DNA of 64,000 bases from the human T2T-CHM13v2.0 reference genome, Homo sapiens. Shown piece by piece: positions 1 to 13,031 of this stretch. The DNA lies in the NCBI RefSeq assembly GCF_009914755.1, contig NC_060947.1; one strand, 5' to 3'. Position numbers and translations under genes: made by a program. Position 1 is the first letter of the stretch; every line of letters starts with the position of its first letter. The notes under the pieces are model-generated. The model was not told the origin of the DNA and did no database searches. It worked only from the letters and a program-made list of their open reading frames with translations.

Positions 1-1332
1 CAACAAATTCTGGGTGATTCTAATACAGTCACTTCTCCTTTGCTTTCCCACATAATAACTTGCCATTCCATCTCACTTGTCTTTGTGATTTCCTAGTCCA
101 TAGTGAGAATACAGTTCTCTGTGACTCTTAAACCTTAAGGAACATATATCATAATCTCAGTGGTTTTATTAAAACCCTTCTCCTTAGGCTTGAGGTGAGA
201 TCTGACCGTTCCCACCTATTCACCTTGAGATCAGTGGCGGTGAATAGGTGAGATCACAGCATAACAATAGCTTCTCCAAAGAAATCTCACAAATGTACTC
301 TGACAAATCTGTTCAACTCTTTGATACCTTTAAAGTGTTTCAAGTTTGGAAAAAATTCCAACCTCTCATTTTCTTTGAAAATTTGCATTTTGGTCCAGCA
401 ACCTCACTTTGGAATATCATTGTATATTCATTGAATATCATTGAATATTTGGATATCTATTGTATCCTGGCACCTCAGTCAAAACTTCCAATGTGACTGT
501 TGGGTTTTCAATATTCATATTTATTCATTTTATCCTGAAAGCACAGAAAAGGTATTCCAGATCAGAGACAAATTTCCTAATTATAAGTTCATCCTCTGCT
601 CTACCTTGCCTCAGGCTTTACCTCTGGGGTTACACAATAAGAATAAGGCCAACTGTCCTACACAAGTAGCCAAGCATTCCATAGGCAAGGGAGAAGATGA
701 TGGGAAAGATATTTCTCTTTGCTTATAAAGAGGAAGAAGCAGCTCTTCCTTACCCCTCTTGAAAGGGTGTTCTTGGAAAATTAATTGGTCTGAATCCTAA
801 CTCCAATTCACTGATATGTAAATAAAATGTTTGCAGGAGCCAGAGGGCTACATGTGTCTCAGAATTTGGGACCTAGAGATGTCTGCAAGTTCTCCAGCCT
901 CAATACTCCTGGAAATGTAAATACCCAAAGGCATAGCTATTGCAGTCTTTCCTGCACCTTGGGAACTTAACAAGGGGACCTAGTCAGGTATGCAAACATT
1001 TAGCACTCTAAGGGAGTTGAGAGATTTTTATTACCTTTTCAGACCAGATCAATTAACTAGGCAAATGACTACAGATCTAGATCTCATGGTATGTAAAGAG
1101 TAAAGTATTTCTGGGGAAAATAAAAGCAAACATTCTCTATCTTTACATCATATACATTTCTGTGTCTCAGAAGGCAGGGGATTCTTGAAGAAGCACGAAG
1201 AAATTCAGGGAAGTTTTCTTTTTTAGCAGAGACATTCTGCTACATTCATATTTTGGGAGCACATATATTAAATGTTTGTTTTATTACAAAGCATGTGCTG
1301 TTAAAAATAATCTTGTGAACAACTGATCTAGT

Positions 1333-1506
1333 CCAGTGCTTCTCATACTTTATGCTTAATGCACAGACAGAACCATCTTGAGAATCTTGTGAAAACATAT
1401 ATAAGCAGATTCTGATTACATAGGTGTGGAGTGAGTTCTTAGATTTGTTATTTCTAATAAGCTCCCAGCAGATGCTGATGCTGCTGTTCACACTTAGCAT
1501 AGCAAG
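1333..1506. mobile_element. MER5A-like hAT-Charlie MITE
   Basis: Starts cagtgcttctca; contains cagattctgatt...tttctaataagctcccagcagatgctgatgctgctg, resembling the MER5A consensus as recalled. Confidence 0.7.
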
Positions 1507-4470
1507 ACCCCAGCCACCTCCCTGTCTCCAGAGTTGGAGCAGAACTGTGAACTCTCTGAGCTGGAAAAATTGAAAATTGTACAGCAGCCAGAATGCATCT
1601 CTGTGTTGCCTAAGCAAGGAGCAAGAATCTGGGTCAAGTGTTGGACAGAATATTAGCACTTGTTAAAATTGAAATGGAGTGGTGGAGAAGAGACAGGAGG
1701 ATTCAAAGAATCCTGGTTGAAAAAATTGAGATACAGTAGGCAGGAGATAGGAATCAGTCAGAAGAGCAAAAGAAAATAGTGGAAGGAAGAACACAGACAA
1801 AATAAATACAGTCTAGCATTTCCAGCCCGTGTTTCATTGGGTAAATATATTGCCAGATGTCAGCTTTGCTGTGCGCCTAAGCAATGTGATGGTCTCAATT
1901 TTTTGATGGTTATTAAAGAACTTGAGAAGGTGGGAGATGGTCTGGTAATTGGGAAGACATGACCCAGCCTAGGCACAGCATAACAATTGTTTTCTTCACT
2001 GCTTGTTTCCATATCCAGTGTTGTTATGCCATATTTTGGAAATTTTCCTTGGGAGGTATTCAAACTGATGGTAGAAGTATTGCAGAAGTTTGAAAAAAAT
2101 AGGATTATAAAAAAATCCAACTTACAAAGAAATATATTTAATTATTCTGTAAGTTTGTTAGAGCTAGAATAATTTCCAGTATTTTCCTTTTCAAAAACTG
2201 TTCACCATTTTTTTGTTGGTTTAGATAATACAGAGGTTTGGGGGAGGATACAGATGTCAGCCGTTTTCAGCAACATTTTTTCAGTAAATCTGAAATGTCT
2301 ATGAGCCGGAGTTTCCATTGCCAGAATCTGCTGTCCAAGCAGGAACTGACCATGTTCTGTCAAAGTCTCCCTCAAGCAACAGTGAAAGTCAGAGCATCCC
2401 ACCTATATATCATATGACCTGCTTGTAAATAAATGTATTGAGACAAATTGTTACACGAAGCACTTTGCAGGCACTGCAATAATCAGGGGTGACTGAATCA
2501 GTGTTTCTGGTCCAAAAAATTGAAAAAGAAAAATTTTAAAAGATTATTTTTTAGTCTATTGACTGAAGTTAAAAAAAAAGGACTTTTACTTCTCAACTTT
2601 AAAAATATTTACAATGATTTTATTTGTAAGAGACTGCAGATGGTTTCAGAGGTTTACTCACCTTCTTGAAAGGAGAAATGAATTTGACTTTTGCTAAGCA
2701 ACATATGCACTTTCCACAAGCCAAGACTACCATTTACTGTCTAAATTGTATGTCCTTTTTACTGTAGACAATAATTTTCCCAGTAGTGTCTTTATATTCT
2801 GGTTCATCCTTATTATCATTTCTGTCTCTCCTACTGGGAACAGATTTTAAGTAGTTTCATGATAGGTAAAAAAATAAATGCAAAAGAATCATGAAGATTC
2901 TTTAAAAAAATCTTGAACCTTAATAAAATTGTTGAGACATTTGTGTTTCTTTCCCACAACAGCAATACAAATCTTATTTAGTCTAAATTATCTTCACTTT
3001 CCTTACCAGTCTCTGAATTGCTTAAACCTGAACAAAAACCTCAAAGCCTTACCCTCTCAGGGTTTTAGAAATTGAGTATCTGACTCTGTTTGGGAAGGAT
3101 GGGTTTGGCATTGTCTTAGATAATGGTTTTAACCCTCTTCTACATAATGGCACACAAAAGGTTTGAAAGGAGGAAATGAAAGATGAAGCAATCAATAGAA
3201 TGACTGTCCCCATTAAATCAATTAGAACATTGAACTTTCATTTTTCCTTCATTTGATGATTACAGGCTTTTTACTCATCCTGCCTGTCTGCACTTTTGAA
3301 GTACAATCTTGTCACAGAATGATGACTTTTATCATTACCTGAAAAATTATTAAAGATTTAGTGCTTCTCAGCATTATCAAGGATATTCAATCATGCTAAT
3401 TTGAGGACAGTCCTAGAAAGGGCCCTTTTGGGATAGATGTGCATCTCCAAGTCATTGTAACCAAGACAACAAACATATTTCCAATCTATGCCCATATAAT
3501 GATCCAGGTTAATAAAAACTGCTGGCTTAGTGAAGTTTCTAGAAGATACTTATTCACTTAACGTTAGGTAAGCCTCAGGCTCTTAGTAATTCTTAGAGTG
3601 TTAGGTCTTTAGCTCTCACAAAAGTGTTAATTTCTTCAATATCTCTGGTTCAAAAACAATGAAACCACCTTGGAACTTTGGAATTTTGCTCTACTCTGTT
3701 AATATACAGTATCTAGCTTAAGGATTGAGAACATCTGTAAAGTTAAATTGGATGGGTTTGTAAGAAACATATTAGTAATGCTGCCTTTTGATGCTTACAA
3801 AAGGCATGCAAAAGAAAGAGATTTCCTGCCCATTTTCAAGAATAGTAATTGAATTGAATTGCCATGGCATGATATTGGAAAATAAAGGCATCTACAAGAA
3901 ATCATGTTTACCATAATGTGCATCTCCCCAGATCAGCAAATACAGTTATGTTGAATTCCGAGAAGACAAGGCTTACACCCTCCACAATGTGTAGTTCATT
4001 CCCCCAAACGTATACATTCTCAATCTGTTCTCTGCCTAACAGTTATAAATATAAAGGGAAATCTGACTAACTTAGCAGATTTTGGTCCTAACTTGCCCTT
4101 GAGAGTCACTGATTTGCTTAACTTTAACATAAATCTATGCATTTTAAAACTTTGCCATGAGGTTCATCCTTTCATCATTCAACTTAATACAACAGATTTC
4201 ATATTCTTGTCAATAAGGTATGAGGTATATATGAAAAGACAGAGCAGGGTAGTATCTATTAAATGACAGATGAGCAATGCTGACTTAGGAATCTATATTT
4301 CTTTTGAACCTGTTCTGACTCAGAATTATTATTCTGTAAACTGGAATCTCTCTGTCCTTGCCTGGGTTACCCTAGTATGTTTTTTGTAGTTTCTGGCATC
4401 CGTAAGTTCTCTACTGTTCCTAAATGTCATTTAGAGACATGGTGTTAATTTCTTTTCAGCACTTCTCTGT

Positions 4471-4530
4471 ATTCTGTGCAGAACAAGTGCCCCTAATGAT
4501 TCTGTGAAGAACAAGTGCTCCTAATGATTC
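4471..4530 (+). repeat. 28-bp tandem duplication (2 copies)
   Basis: attctgtg(c/a)agaacaagtgc(c/t)cctaatg at 4471-4498 and 4499-4526, 2 mismatches. Confidence 0.9.
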
Positions 4531-6425
4531 ACACTCAATGCTATCCTTGACAGCTGGGTCAAATTCTTGAACTACTGAGAATTATCAGTTTTCTGCATGC
4601 ATAGGTGACTCAAATTCTCCAATAAATAGTTTTCATTGTATAGCCTGACTTGTTGGCAATATACCTTTTTCTTTAGCAACTTCAATAATAGAAACCCACA
4701 ATGTTTTTAATAAGCCTATGTCAGATGCTTAACAACATTTTGGGTGAAACTAAAATCATTCAAAACCCAAAAGTGGTTTTATGAGAAATGGCCAATTTGA
4801 GCATGTGAGCATATTTATGAGAAATAATAAAAGTAATAGCATTTTGGTATAGAATTCTAAATAAAATCCACCATAAGATATTTAAAAGTGTATGTAGGTT
4901 TATTTGTTTTGGTTATGGAACATAATGGAGCACAATACGAGAAGCACAGAGATCACAGTTATTTATTATGGTTCAATGGAGAAATATTATTAAAGTAGCA
5001 GGGCCACAGCCAGCAGAATTAGCAACAATTGTTTATGATAAGTACCCAATACTGCATTGGAACTCATATGCTTTGGACTGGGACTGTACTGTGAAATTTC
5101 AATAATATCAAAGAAGATCACTACTTGACAGGTATTTGTAGTTAAGTGGCACGTTTTCTAGAATTAACTTACTAATAATCTTTATTGGTTAATATATAAC
5201 TTTGTTATTTGAAAACCCACTGCTTTTTAAAAATTATAGCTACATAAGCTCTTGGGGTTGTGTCAGAGAGACAATTTTGAGTTTAAAAGGTGGATTGATA
5301 ACTAATGATAACTGACAATCAAGAAGACCTTTTGAATTTCTTTACCCTTAGCACCATGCAAATATTGAGGGATGTAAGATCCATTCTACAACCAAAGATT
5401 TCCAACTCTCTTGTATTATCTTCCAATATTAAAAAGGTTTTGAGAGAAGATTCTAAATGAGTGACTCAGTGATTTGTTTTAGTCCTATAAAAAACATGTA
5501 ATATACATCCCAATTCTTCACTTAATGAGAGAACCACATATTCAAAATATTAAGCCACTTGGATGAATGTAATATTAATGACAAATTTAGATGAGAAAAT
5601 GGAAGACTAAATTTTTAGTCAGGGTATTATGAGTGTAAGCTGGGATGTAAAGCAATTAAGACTTTAGCTCCTTTTTACTGTCAAAATCAGTCTCCTCCAA
5701 GAATACGATCAGAAAGAAACAAAGGGAATTGACTCTATATGACAGTATGTAGTAGGACTCACAAAATGGCAGAAATCAAGTTATATCTTAAGAAGAACTG
5801 GGTTGAGCAGGCAAGCCAACAAGGTGGAGGAGGCCAATCAGCATTCAGGATGGCCAAATATTAACAAAGGAATGGTAAGGATTGAATTCTAGACAAGGTA
5901 AACAACATGGAAACAGAAATTAATACAGTAAGAACAACATGTCATCATAGAATGATGAGTATTTGAGTCTAGCTGGATTACCAGGTTCTTTCACCAGAGT
6001 AGCAGGAAGAAATTCTCTTTTACAACTCTTAAGATATGACTGTCAGCTAAAAGAAGATGGGCACAATTTGTGAGTAATTGATTGTTGTTCCAGCAAACAA
6101 GAGGCATTCTCATTAAAGTATTTCAGGAAAGTAAATCTGAATGTATAAAAGTTGAAGAAAAAATGGCAAAGTAAGGGCTCAAAAAAAGCAGTCCCTTCAC
6201 TGAGGTACCTGTAAGCTGGAAAAAATGCAAAAATTTGGGAGCTCTGAAGTATAATAAAAGACTTACATCAATCGTGAGATTGCTTAATGAATAAACAAAA
6301 TGTGAAATTTTGGCAAGAAAGTATTGTATTTCTGCTTACCTGCCAACCATCTCCAATTGCCCAGCAGTCCATACAGCTGGCAGTTCATGATCCTGGTGTG
6401 GCTTGCTGGTACCAATACAGACCTG

Positions 6426-6533
6426 TTTTTTGTTTGTTTGTTTGTTTGTTTGTTCTGAGACTGTGTCTGGCTCTGTCACTCAGGCTGGAGTGCAGTAGCA
6501 TGATCTTGGCTCACTGCAACCTCCGCCTCCCAG
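6426..6533 (-). mobile_element. 5'-truncated Alu (3' part of right arm) with (TTTG)n-derived tail
   Basis: (tttg)n then tgagactgtgtctggctctgtcactcaggctggagtgcagtagcatgatcttggctcactgcaacctccgcctccc. Confidence 0.9.
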
Positions 6534-7111
6534 ACTTTTTGATCCACCATCATTATTTCTGGTTCACCAGCTACACTGAGTCCCTTGTCAGGCCAGCCAG
6601 ATCCCAGCTCATGCCTGTGCCACATGGAAATTGAGGTTGCTTCAGGAAAATAAAACTTCAGGGCTTACCTCTGTCACATCCATTATAAGGCCAAGTTCCT
6701 AAAGTCATTGCTCAAGGTTGGTATGAAAACAGCATCCCAAGAGTGACCTTTTCTTGGCTCTCTCAATGGAAAGTAAAAGCAATCTCCTCCTCCTTCTATA
6801 CTTTAATGTAATCATTCCTTATCATAAGTATCTCCTTCCTATACCTTGCAGCAACAAGTGAGAAAATTGGTGATTGCTTTCTTCTTTTCCTCTCTCACTT
6901 CTTTTTTCCTCCTTTCAAACATTTCCTAGCCAGATACAGGCAGTATTTCCCTATTCTTCCTCTATGCTCTATTTTCCTTGTACCATTGGGAAGTACAAAC
7001 CTAAAGTCCTACATGGATAGGGTAAGGAATAATATATTCGCTTCACCGGGCCAACACTTCATAGTCTACAGTTTGGAAAATACTTTGAAAGACAATACTA
7101 GCTTTGCAAGG

Positions 7112-7126
7112 CTGCCATCTAGTGGC
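7112..7126 (-). promoter_or_regulatory. Candidate CTCF site
   Basis: Minus strand reads GCCACTAGATGGCAG, a full match to the core CCASYAGRKGGCRS; motif only, no binding evidence. Confidence 0.55.
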
Positions 7127-8832
7127 ATAATCCAATTTAGAATATTAATGACTATCACTTAGGTCTTCCATAACCAGTTACAATCACTTCTCAGACAGAT
7201 GAATGCCCAGGGAAAATTAAGTCAATTGTAGTTTACAGACGAAGGAAAAAAGAGACTAATCTGTTAGTTCAGTGAGAAGTGATTGATAAACACATTTGGA
7301 TAACAGTGTCAATTTGTGACAGTGAAACAGCAACCAGGAAGAATACTAGTATTTCTGACATTGATTACCCTGATATGTTATATGGGTCTGAGTGTTTGGG
7401 TTCAGAATGAGGTTCTCTGATTTGTTCTACCACAAGATAGATATTTGATTGATAACTCTGAGAGGGAAAGTACTATACAAAGGCTCTCAGCCACAGGAAA
7501 CCTTATCCTTTAGGATGAAAGGACAAAATAGATAGAGATGATATATTTTATAGGTACATTTTTGAATTTATTAAGAATTCCCAACCTATAGTCATCTCCA
7601 TTTTTCCATTGTGCAGTCTGATTCACTTGCCCTCTAATTCTGTATTGTATCTATCCTAAAACTGTGAGAAAAAAATGCCAGATATAAGATGTGAGCATTT
7701 CCATAATCAGAGAAGAGAACTGAAAATCTTAATGTCTATTTAAAATGCTCTAGGGTCTTTAATAGAAATGCTAACATAACACGAAGTATACTATCAAACA
7801 TATTTGCACACTAAATATTCCCTAATGTTGTACAAATACCAAATCTTACCAGAAACTGATTTATATTCCACATTATTAAAATCTCATTTTTCCCACTTCA
7901 TTAATTATTTCAAAGGCAATTTTCACAAGCATGTGACTATAAAGTGCTTGTATTTTTATCCTCCTTAAATACGTTCTAAAGTTTAGCACAGGGGGAAGTC
8001 CCTCCTCTGTTTGAAATTATATATAGCTGTGCAAAACAAAATAATTTGAATATTTTCAAACAGGACATATTAATTTAATTAAAATAAATTAAATTCCATA
8101 CTGTAGGATTCCAACCCAATTTGAAACTTGCCATTCGATGATCAAAAATCAATCTTGCTTCAAATAAAACATTAACTTATAGGTTAACAATAGAAAAATC
8201 ACTTAATACCAGTTGAATGATCAAGTTACATTCAATTGCAAATGAATTGTTTATATATACAAACCATAGAATAGTATTGATTTAGCAAATGTGCTTCACT
8301 TCATTCAACTTATTTACATACACATGCACAGAAACAGCCTGTAAAATATTCACTAATACTAAGTATGTATTTAACAAAAATTCTATTAAGTATTATTATT
8401 TCTGTAATTCTCATGACCCCTCTAACTGTAGAAATATTTTGAATCTTGCCTTAAATAATGGCAAGTTTGTATTGTTGAATGTTTTCAAGGATTCAAATAT
8501 CAAAAGGCAAGGAGTACTGTTTTAGGCAGCAATTTCTCGGAAGCATGGTCATACGGTACAGTAGTTATGCAAGTCAATCTGTTGACTCTCCAGTAATCTC
8601 ATACGCCTACAGTGGCACTCAAACTTTTGATTCTTGGAATCATGCCATGAATAAATTGGTCTATTGAGCAAAATCTATGCAGCCAGACAGATTTACATTT
8701 AAATAAAATCTGAAATCAACTTAGTTCACTCAGCATAGCAGTACCTGGTCCTCAGTGGTGTGTCTTCTTGCCTTTGAGTATCAGTCAAGAGTAGCCCCTC
8801 TAGAACTAAAAGCAGTGAAATGGCAAACTTGC

Positions 8833-8944
8833 AAAAACCTGAATTGATTCTAGAAACCTACAGATCAAGAGAAACCTTTAACCATTCCAGAAACCTGAAA
8901 TGACATCAGAAAGCAACAGATCCAGAGAAGCTTTTAGCCATACC
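8833..8944 (+). repeat. Diverged 56-bp tandem duplication
   Basis: 8833-8888 vs 8889-8944 align without gaps at 43/56 identity by hand. Confidence 0.75.
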
Positions 8945-9274
8945 AAAGTTTTACCATAACTGACTAGGAGGGAAAACTCTTATTAATCTGGATATTGCAT
9001 GTTATCCCCTTGAAACACAATGTTGAGACAGAATCCAGCAATATTGTCTTAGGAGAAAACTTTCCTAAGGCAAAGCACAATGACAACAGATATAGAGTTA
9101 CTGGTCATTATATTGTATGCTGTGTGGTGAAGTTTTTATGAGGAACATAGGCTTAGAATAATGTATCTTGATGCAGGTAAAAAGACTAATAAGCAATTTG
9201 GGAAGCCTAGCAGAGGAAAAGTAGCCATCCAAAACTGGAACTATTAAGTCTCAATATCACAGAAGCAAGATGAG

Positions 9275-9806
9275 TGTACGGTTTTAAAACATATTTGAAA
9301 ATTCTTTGACAAGTTTCCTATCAAGAGATGGGAAAAATTTCCCACCCCACTACTTTTTAAATATAGACTGGCCTTAGTGACCAAAGTCTAATAAAAAGAT
9401 TGCAGCTGAAGTGACATTGTGCAACTTCTGAGGTTAGATTAGAAAAAGTAATACTGCTTCTGACTGGCTCTCTCAGGACATTTGCCTTTGGAACAAAGAT
9501 GCCATGGTGTAAGGAAGACCTAGCTACATAGAAAGGCCACACGTAGATGATTCTATTGTTAGCCCCTGCTATGACTCCAACCAAAAACTAACATCAACCA
9601 CCAGACATGGCAGTAAAGAAGGCTTTTAGAAGATTTCAGCTCCAGCCACTTTCTGAGTGCAGCAGCATGAGAGACTTCAACTGAAATCCACCAAGCTGAG
9701 CTCAGTCAAACCCCAAAACTATAAAGAGATAATAATTTTAATTGATTGCTATTTTACACCACTAAGTATGGATCAAATTGTTAACCCAGACATGATAATC
9801 AAATCA
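9275..9806 (+). mobile_element. MLT1G/H-like MaLR LTR
   Basis: tgtacggttttaaaacatat...aaattctttgac start; ggccttagtgac; gaagtgacattgtgcaacttctgagg; ttttacaccactaagt near the end. Confidence 0.75.
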
Positions 9807-10277
9807 ATGGGACATGTGCAAGGGTAGTACCCCTTAGAAGTGGTTTGTGTGAATATTTTTGCTGCTGCTAGCATGTTTCCCTAGTTTCATTGAAAGATTA
9901 AGACAATTCTCAAGTCTCTAACAGAGACACTGAAATGTAATTCAAGTAAAACAGTATGAGATTGAAAATAATGGCCATCTGCTTTGTCTACTATTTTCAT
10001 ATTATAAAGTGAAGTGATATGTATAAAATTTAAGAGATGGAAAGCTAAAGAAGAAGAATTGTTTTATTTGTGAAAGTGTAACCTGACCATTTGCCATAAA
10101 TATTTTAGGCACCTTGACAAGTATAGTCTTTATACCAGTATAAATCAGGTATATTCACATATGATAGCATTATAGAACTAACCACTCAATCATGTTTTGC
10201 CTGTTAATTTGTATATTTATACCATGTTGTTCCAAAAGGATTTGAGAAAGCTTTAAAAAATATAGAAGGTTGGTGCC

Positions 10278-10631
10278 TCATATGGTTTGACTCTGTGTCC
10301 CCACTCAAATCTCAACTCAAATTGTAATCCCCATGTGTCGAGGGAGACACCTGGTGGGAGGTGATTGGATCATGGGGACGGTTTCCCCATGCTGTTCTTG
10401 TGATAGTGAGAGATCTAATGGCTTAAAAGTGGCAGTTTCCCCTGTGCTCTCTCTCTCTCTCCTGCTGCCTTGTGAAGAAACTACCTGCTTCCCCTTTGCC
10501 TTCCGCCATGATTGTAAGTTTCCTGAGGGCTCCCCAGCCATGCGAACTGCCAGCCAATTCAACCTCTTTTGTTTATAAGTTACCCAGTCTCAGATAGTAT
10601 CTTTAAAGCAGTGTGAAAATGGATTAATACA
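10278..10631 (+). mobile_element. THE1D-like solo LTR (ERVL-MaLR)
   Basis: tcatatggtttgactctgtgtcccc...gtgtgaaaatggattaataca; degenerate 5-bp TSD gtgcc/atgtc. Confidence 0.92.
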
Positions 10632-10732
10632 ATGTCGGTATCAAAAAAAAATCAAATGTAACCCATAAATATAAAAACCTATTATGTACCCATAATAATT
10701 ACAAATAAAATATTTTTAAAGTTTATTTAAAT
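10632..10732 (+). mobile_element. L1MA-type extreme 3' end fragment (host of the THE1D LTR)
   Basis: gtatcaaaa...atgtaacccataaatata...cctattatgtaccca plus A-rich tail; 13-bp TSD aatatagaaggtt at 10259-10271 and 10733-10745. Confidence 0.8.
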
Positions 10733-11284
10733 AATATAGAAGGTTAGAAAATAAACCATAAGCTTAAAAAATTGTACCAAGAGAAAACAAAAAATGAAGA
10801 ATGATGACAAAGTATACCCACGAATTAGGCTAAAATTAATCATAACTCAGTTATGACTTATAGCTTGTGGGAAATACATTTCTAACATTTAATATAAGGT
10901 ATTAAATTTATACAGTTTCATAATTTAAAAGATTGGCCGAATGAAACAAAATAATTACTCAATAGCACTCAATCCTTGAACTACAAAAGAATTTTCCCCC
11001 TTATGGGGAGTGTCAAAAAATAAGACATGCCCTATAATGAACAACATATTTTCAATGATTACATTGACATGTTCCAGAGTACTTTTCTTCCGTTGCTTTC
11101 TGTCTTTCTTTTGCTTTTTTCTTAAGGTTTAAATTACATAAGTGATGCCTTTTTATTGAAAAAAATAGAGAATTTTATAAATGAAAACTTAAAAGGAACC
11201 TCTTCATCTTTGCCACTACCAACACTTCATTTGAAATGTCTATTTAATCAAACAAGAAATTCTGCACAAATTATTTACTTTCAT

Positions 11285-11605
11285 TGAAATAATGGCCAAA
11301 AATTCTGAATTAGCTGAAAACTATAACAGATCTGAGAAACTCAACAAAACCCAAGAAAAAAACCATTAAAGTATATCAACATACATTATAATCACATTGC
11401 TCAACACCAACAATAAAAAGACAATCTTAAAAGCAGCCAGAAAAAGAGATCTGTTACATAGAGAGTAATAAACTTAGGGATGACAGCAGATTTGTTATTG
11501 AAAACCATACAAACTAAAAAGCACAGAGAAAGAGAAACCATAAACCCAACATTTTATTATGAGCAGAAATACCATTAAAAACAAAGGCAAAATGAAGACT
11601 TTTTT
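11285..11605 (+). mobile_element. Ancient L1M ORF1-region fragment
   Basis: aatcttaaaagcagccagaaaaa and gatgacagcagatttgttattgaaaaccatac are typical L1 ORF1 segments. Confidence 0.65.
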
Positions 11606-11609
11606 TACC

Positions 11610-12450
11610 ATGAAGGATTGAATTGACATATAACAATATATTTATATTTAAAGCATACACTCAATTTTGGCATATGCATGTACTCATGAAATCAACATGA
11701 TCAAGACAATGAACATAGCCATCACCCTCAAAAGTTTTATCATGCCCCTTTGTAATCTCTCCCTATTCCCATACCCTTTCTTTAGCATTCCCAGACAACC
11801 ACTCTTTGGTTTTCTGTTAAATAGCTTGCATTTCTTATAATTTTATACAAAGAGCATCACATAAATAGGAAATAATCAGTTTTTTCTGTTTTTTTATTCA
11901 CTCAGCATAATTATTTTCGATTCATTCATCTTGTTACATATATTAGTAGCTCATCCTTTTTATTATGGAGTAATATTTTGTTGTACAGATATACCAAGAT
12001 TTGTTTACTCATTCACCTGTTAATGTGCATTTTGGTTGTTTCAAGTTTTTGTCTATTAAAAATAAACCCTTGACCAGGTACAGTGGCACACTTCTGTAAT
12101 CCCAACACTTTGGGAGGCTGAGGCAGGTGGATTGCTTGAAGCCAGGAGTTCAAGACCAACCTGGGCAACATAGCATGACTGCGTCTCTACAAAAAATAAA
12201 AATAAAAAAATTAGCCAGCTGTGGTGGTGCATGCCTGTAGTCCCAGCTACTTAAGAGGCTGAAGCAGGAGGGTCGCTTGAACCCAGGAGCTCGAGGGTGT
12301 AGTGAGTTATGATCACACCACTGTACTCCAGCTTGGGCTACAGAGCAAAACCCTTTCTCTAAAAGAAAAAAAAAACCTCTGCAAATGAACATATGCTTTT
12401 ATTTCTTTTGAATTAATGCCTTAATGTGGAATGTATGGATCACATGGTAG
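11610..12450 (-). mobile_element. Old L1 (L1ME/L1MB-type) 3' region, split by AluJ
   Basis: catcaccctcaaaagttttatcatgcccctttg; ttcactcagcataattatttt; ttgtttactcattcacctgtt; resumes after the Alu. Confidence 0.75.
12072..12375 (+). mobile_element. AluJ, full length
   Basis: Two arms, A-rich linker and tail; J-type ggattgcttgaagccaggagttc and gtgagttatgatcacacc. Confidence 0.95.
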
Positions 12451-12485
12451 CCCTATGAGGTGGCCTAGGCCTGGTGTCTCCCTCT

Positions 12486-13031
12486 TTGACCCAGAAATCC
12501 CATTACTAGGTTTATACCCAAGAGAATATAAGTCATTCTACCATAAAGACACATGCACATGAATGTTCATTGCCGCACTATTCACAATGACAAAGACATA
12601 GAATCAACTTAAATGTCCATCAATGACAGACTAGATAAAGAAAATGTAATATATATACACCATGGAATACTATGCAGCCATAAAATGGAACAAGATGATG
12701 TCTTTTGCAGAAACATGGATGGAGCTGGAGGCTACTGTCCTTAGCAAACTAAAGAAGGGACAGAAAAGTAAATACCACATGTTCTCATTTGTAAGTGGGA
12801 GCTAAATGTTGAGAACTCATGAACACATTGAAGGGAACAACAGACCCTAGAGTCTACTTGAGTGTGAAGGGTGGGAGGACGGGGAGGAGCAGAAAAAATT
12901 AACTACTGTATACTAGGCTTAATATCTGCATAATGAAATAATGTGTACAACAAAGCCCCATAACACGGGTTTACCTATATAACAAGCCTACAGAGGTACC
13001 CCTGAACTTAAAAGTTAAAAAAATTAAATAA
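12486..13031 (+). mobile_element. 5'-truncated L1PA15/16-like 3' end
   Basis: ttgacccagaaatcccattact...ccatggaatactatgcagccataaaa...tacccctgaacttaaaagttaaaa. Confidence 0.9.

Noticed and set aside
1246-1659. 137-aa minus-strand ORF
   Set aside because: Crosses a MER5A-like element, non-ATG start, no recognisable domain
2883-2903. 8-bp hairpin aaagaatc/gattcttt
   Set aside because: Short and AT-rich; expected by chance
2656-6341. Consensus splice donors on the minus strand (AAG|GTGAGT at 2656-2664, CAG|GTAAGC near 6333-6341)
   Set aside because: Such 9-mers are expected by chance in 64 kb and I could not build a convincing exon chain
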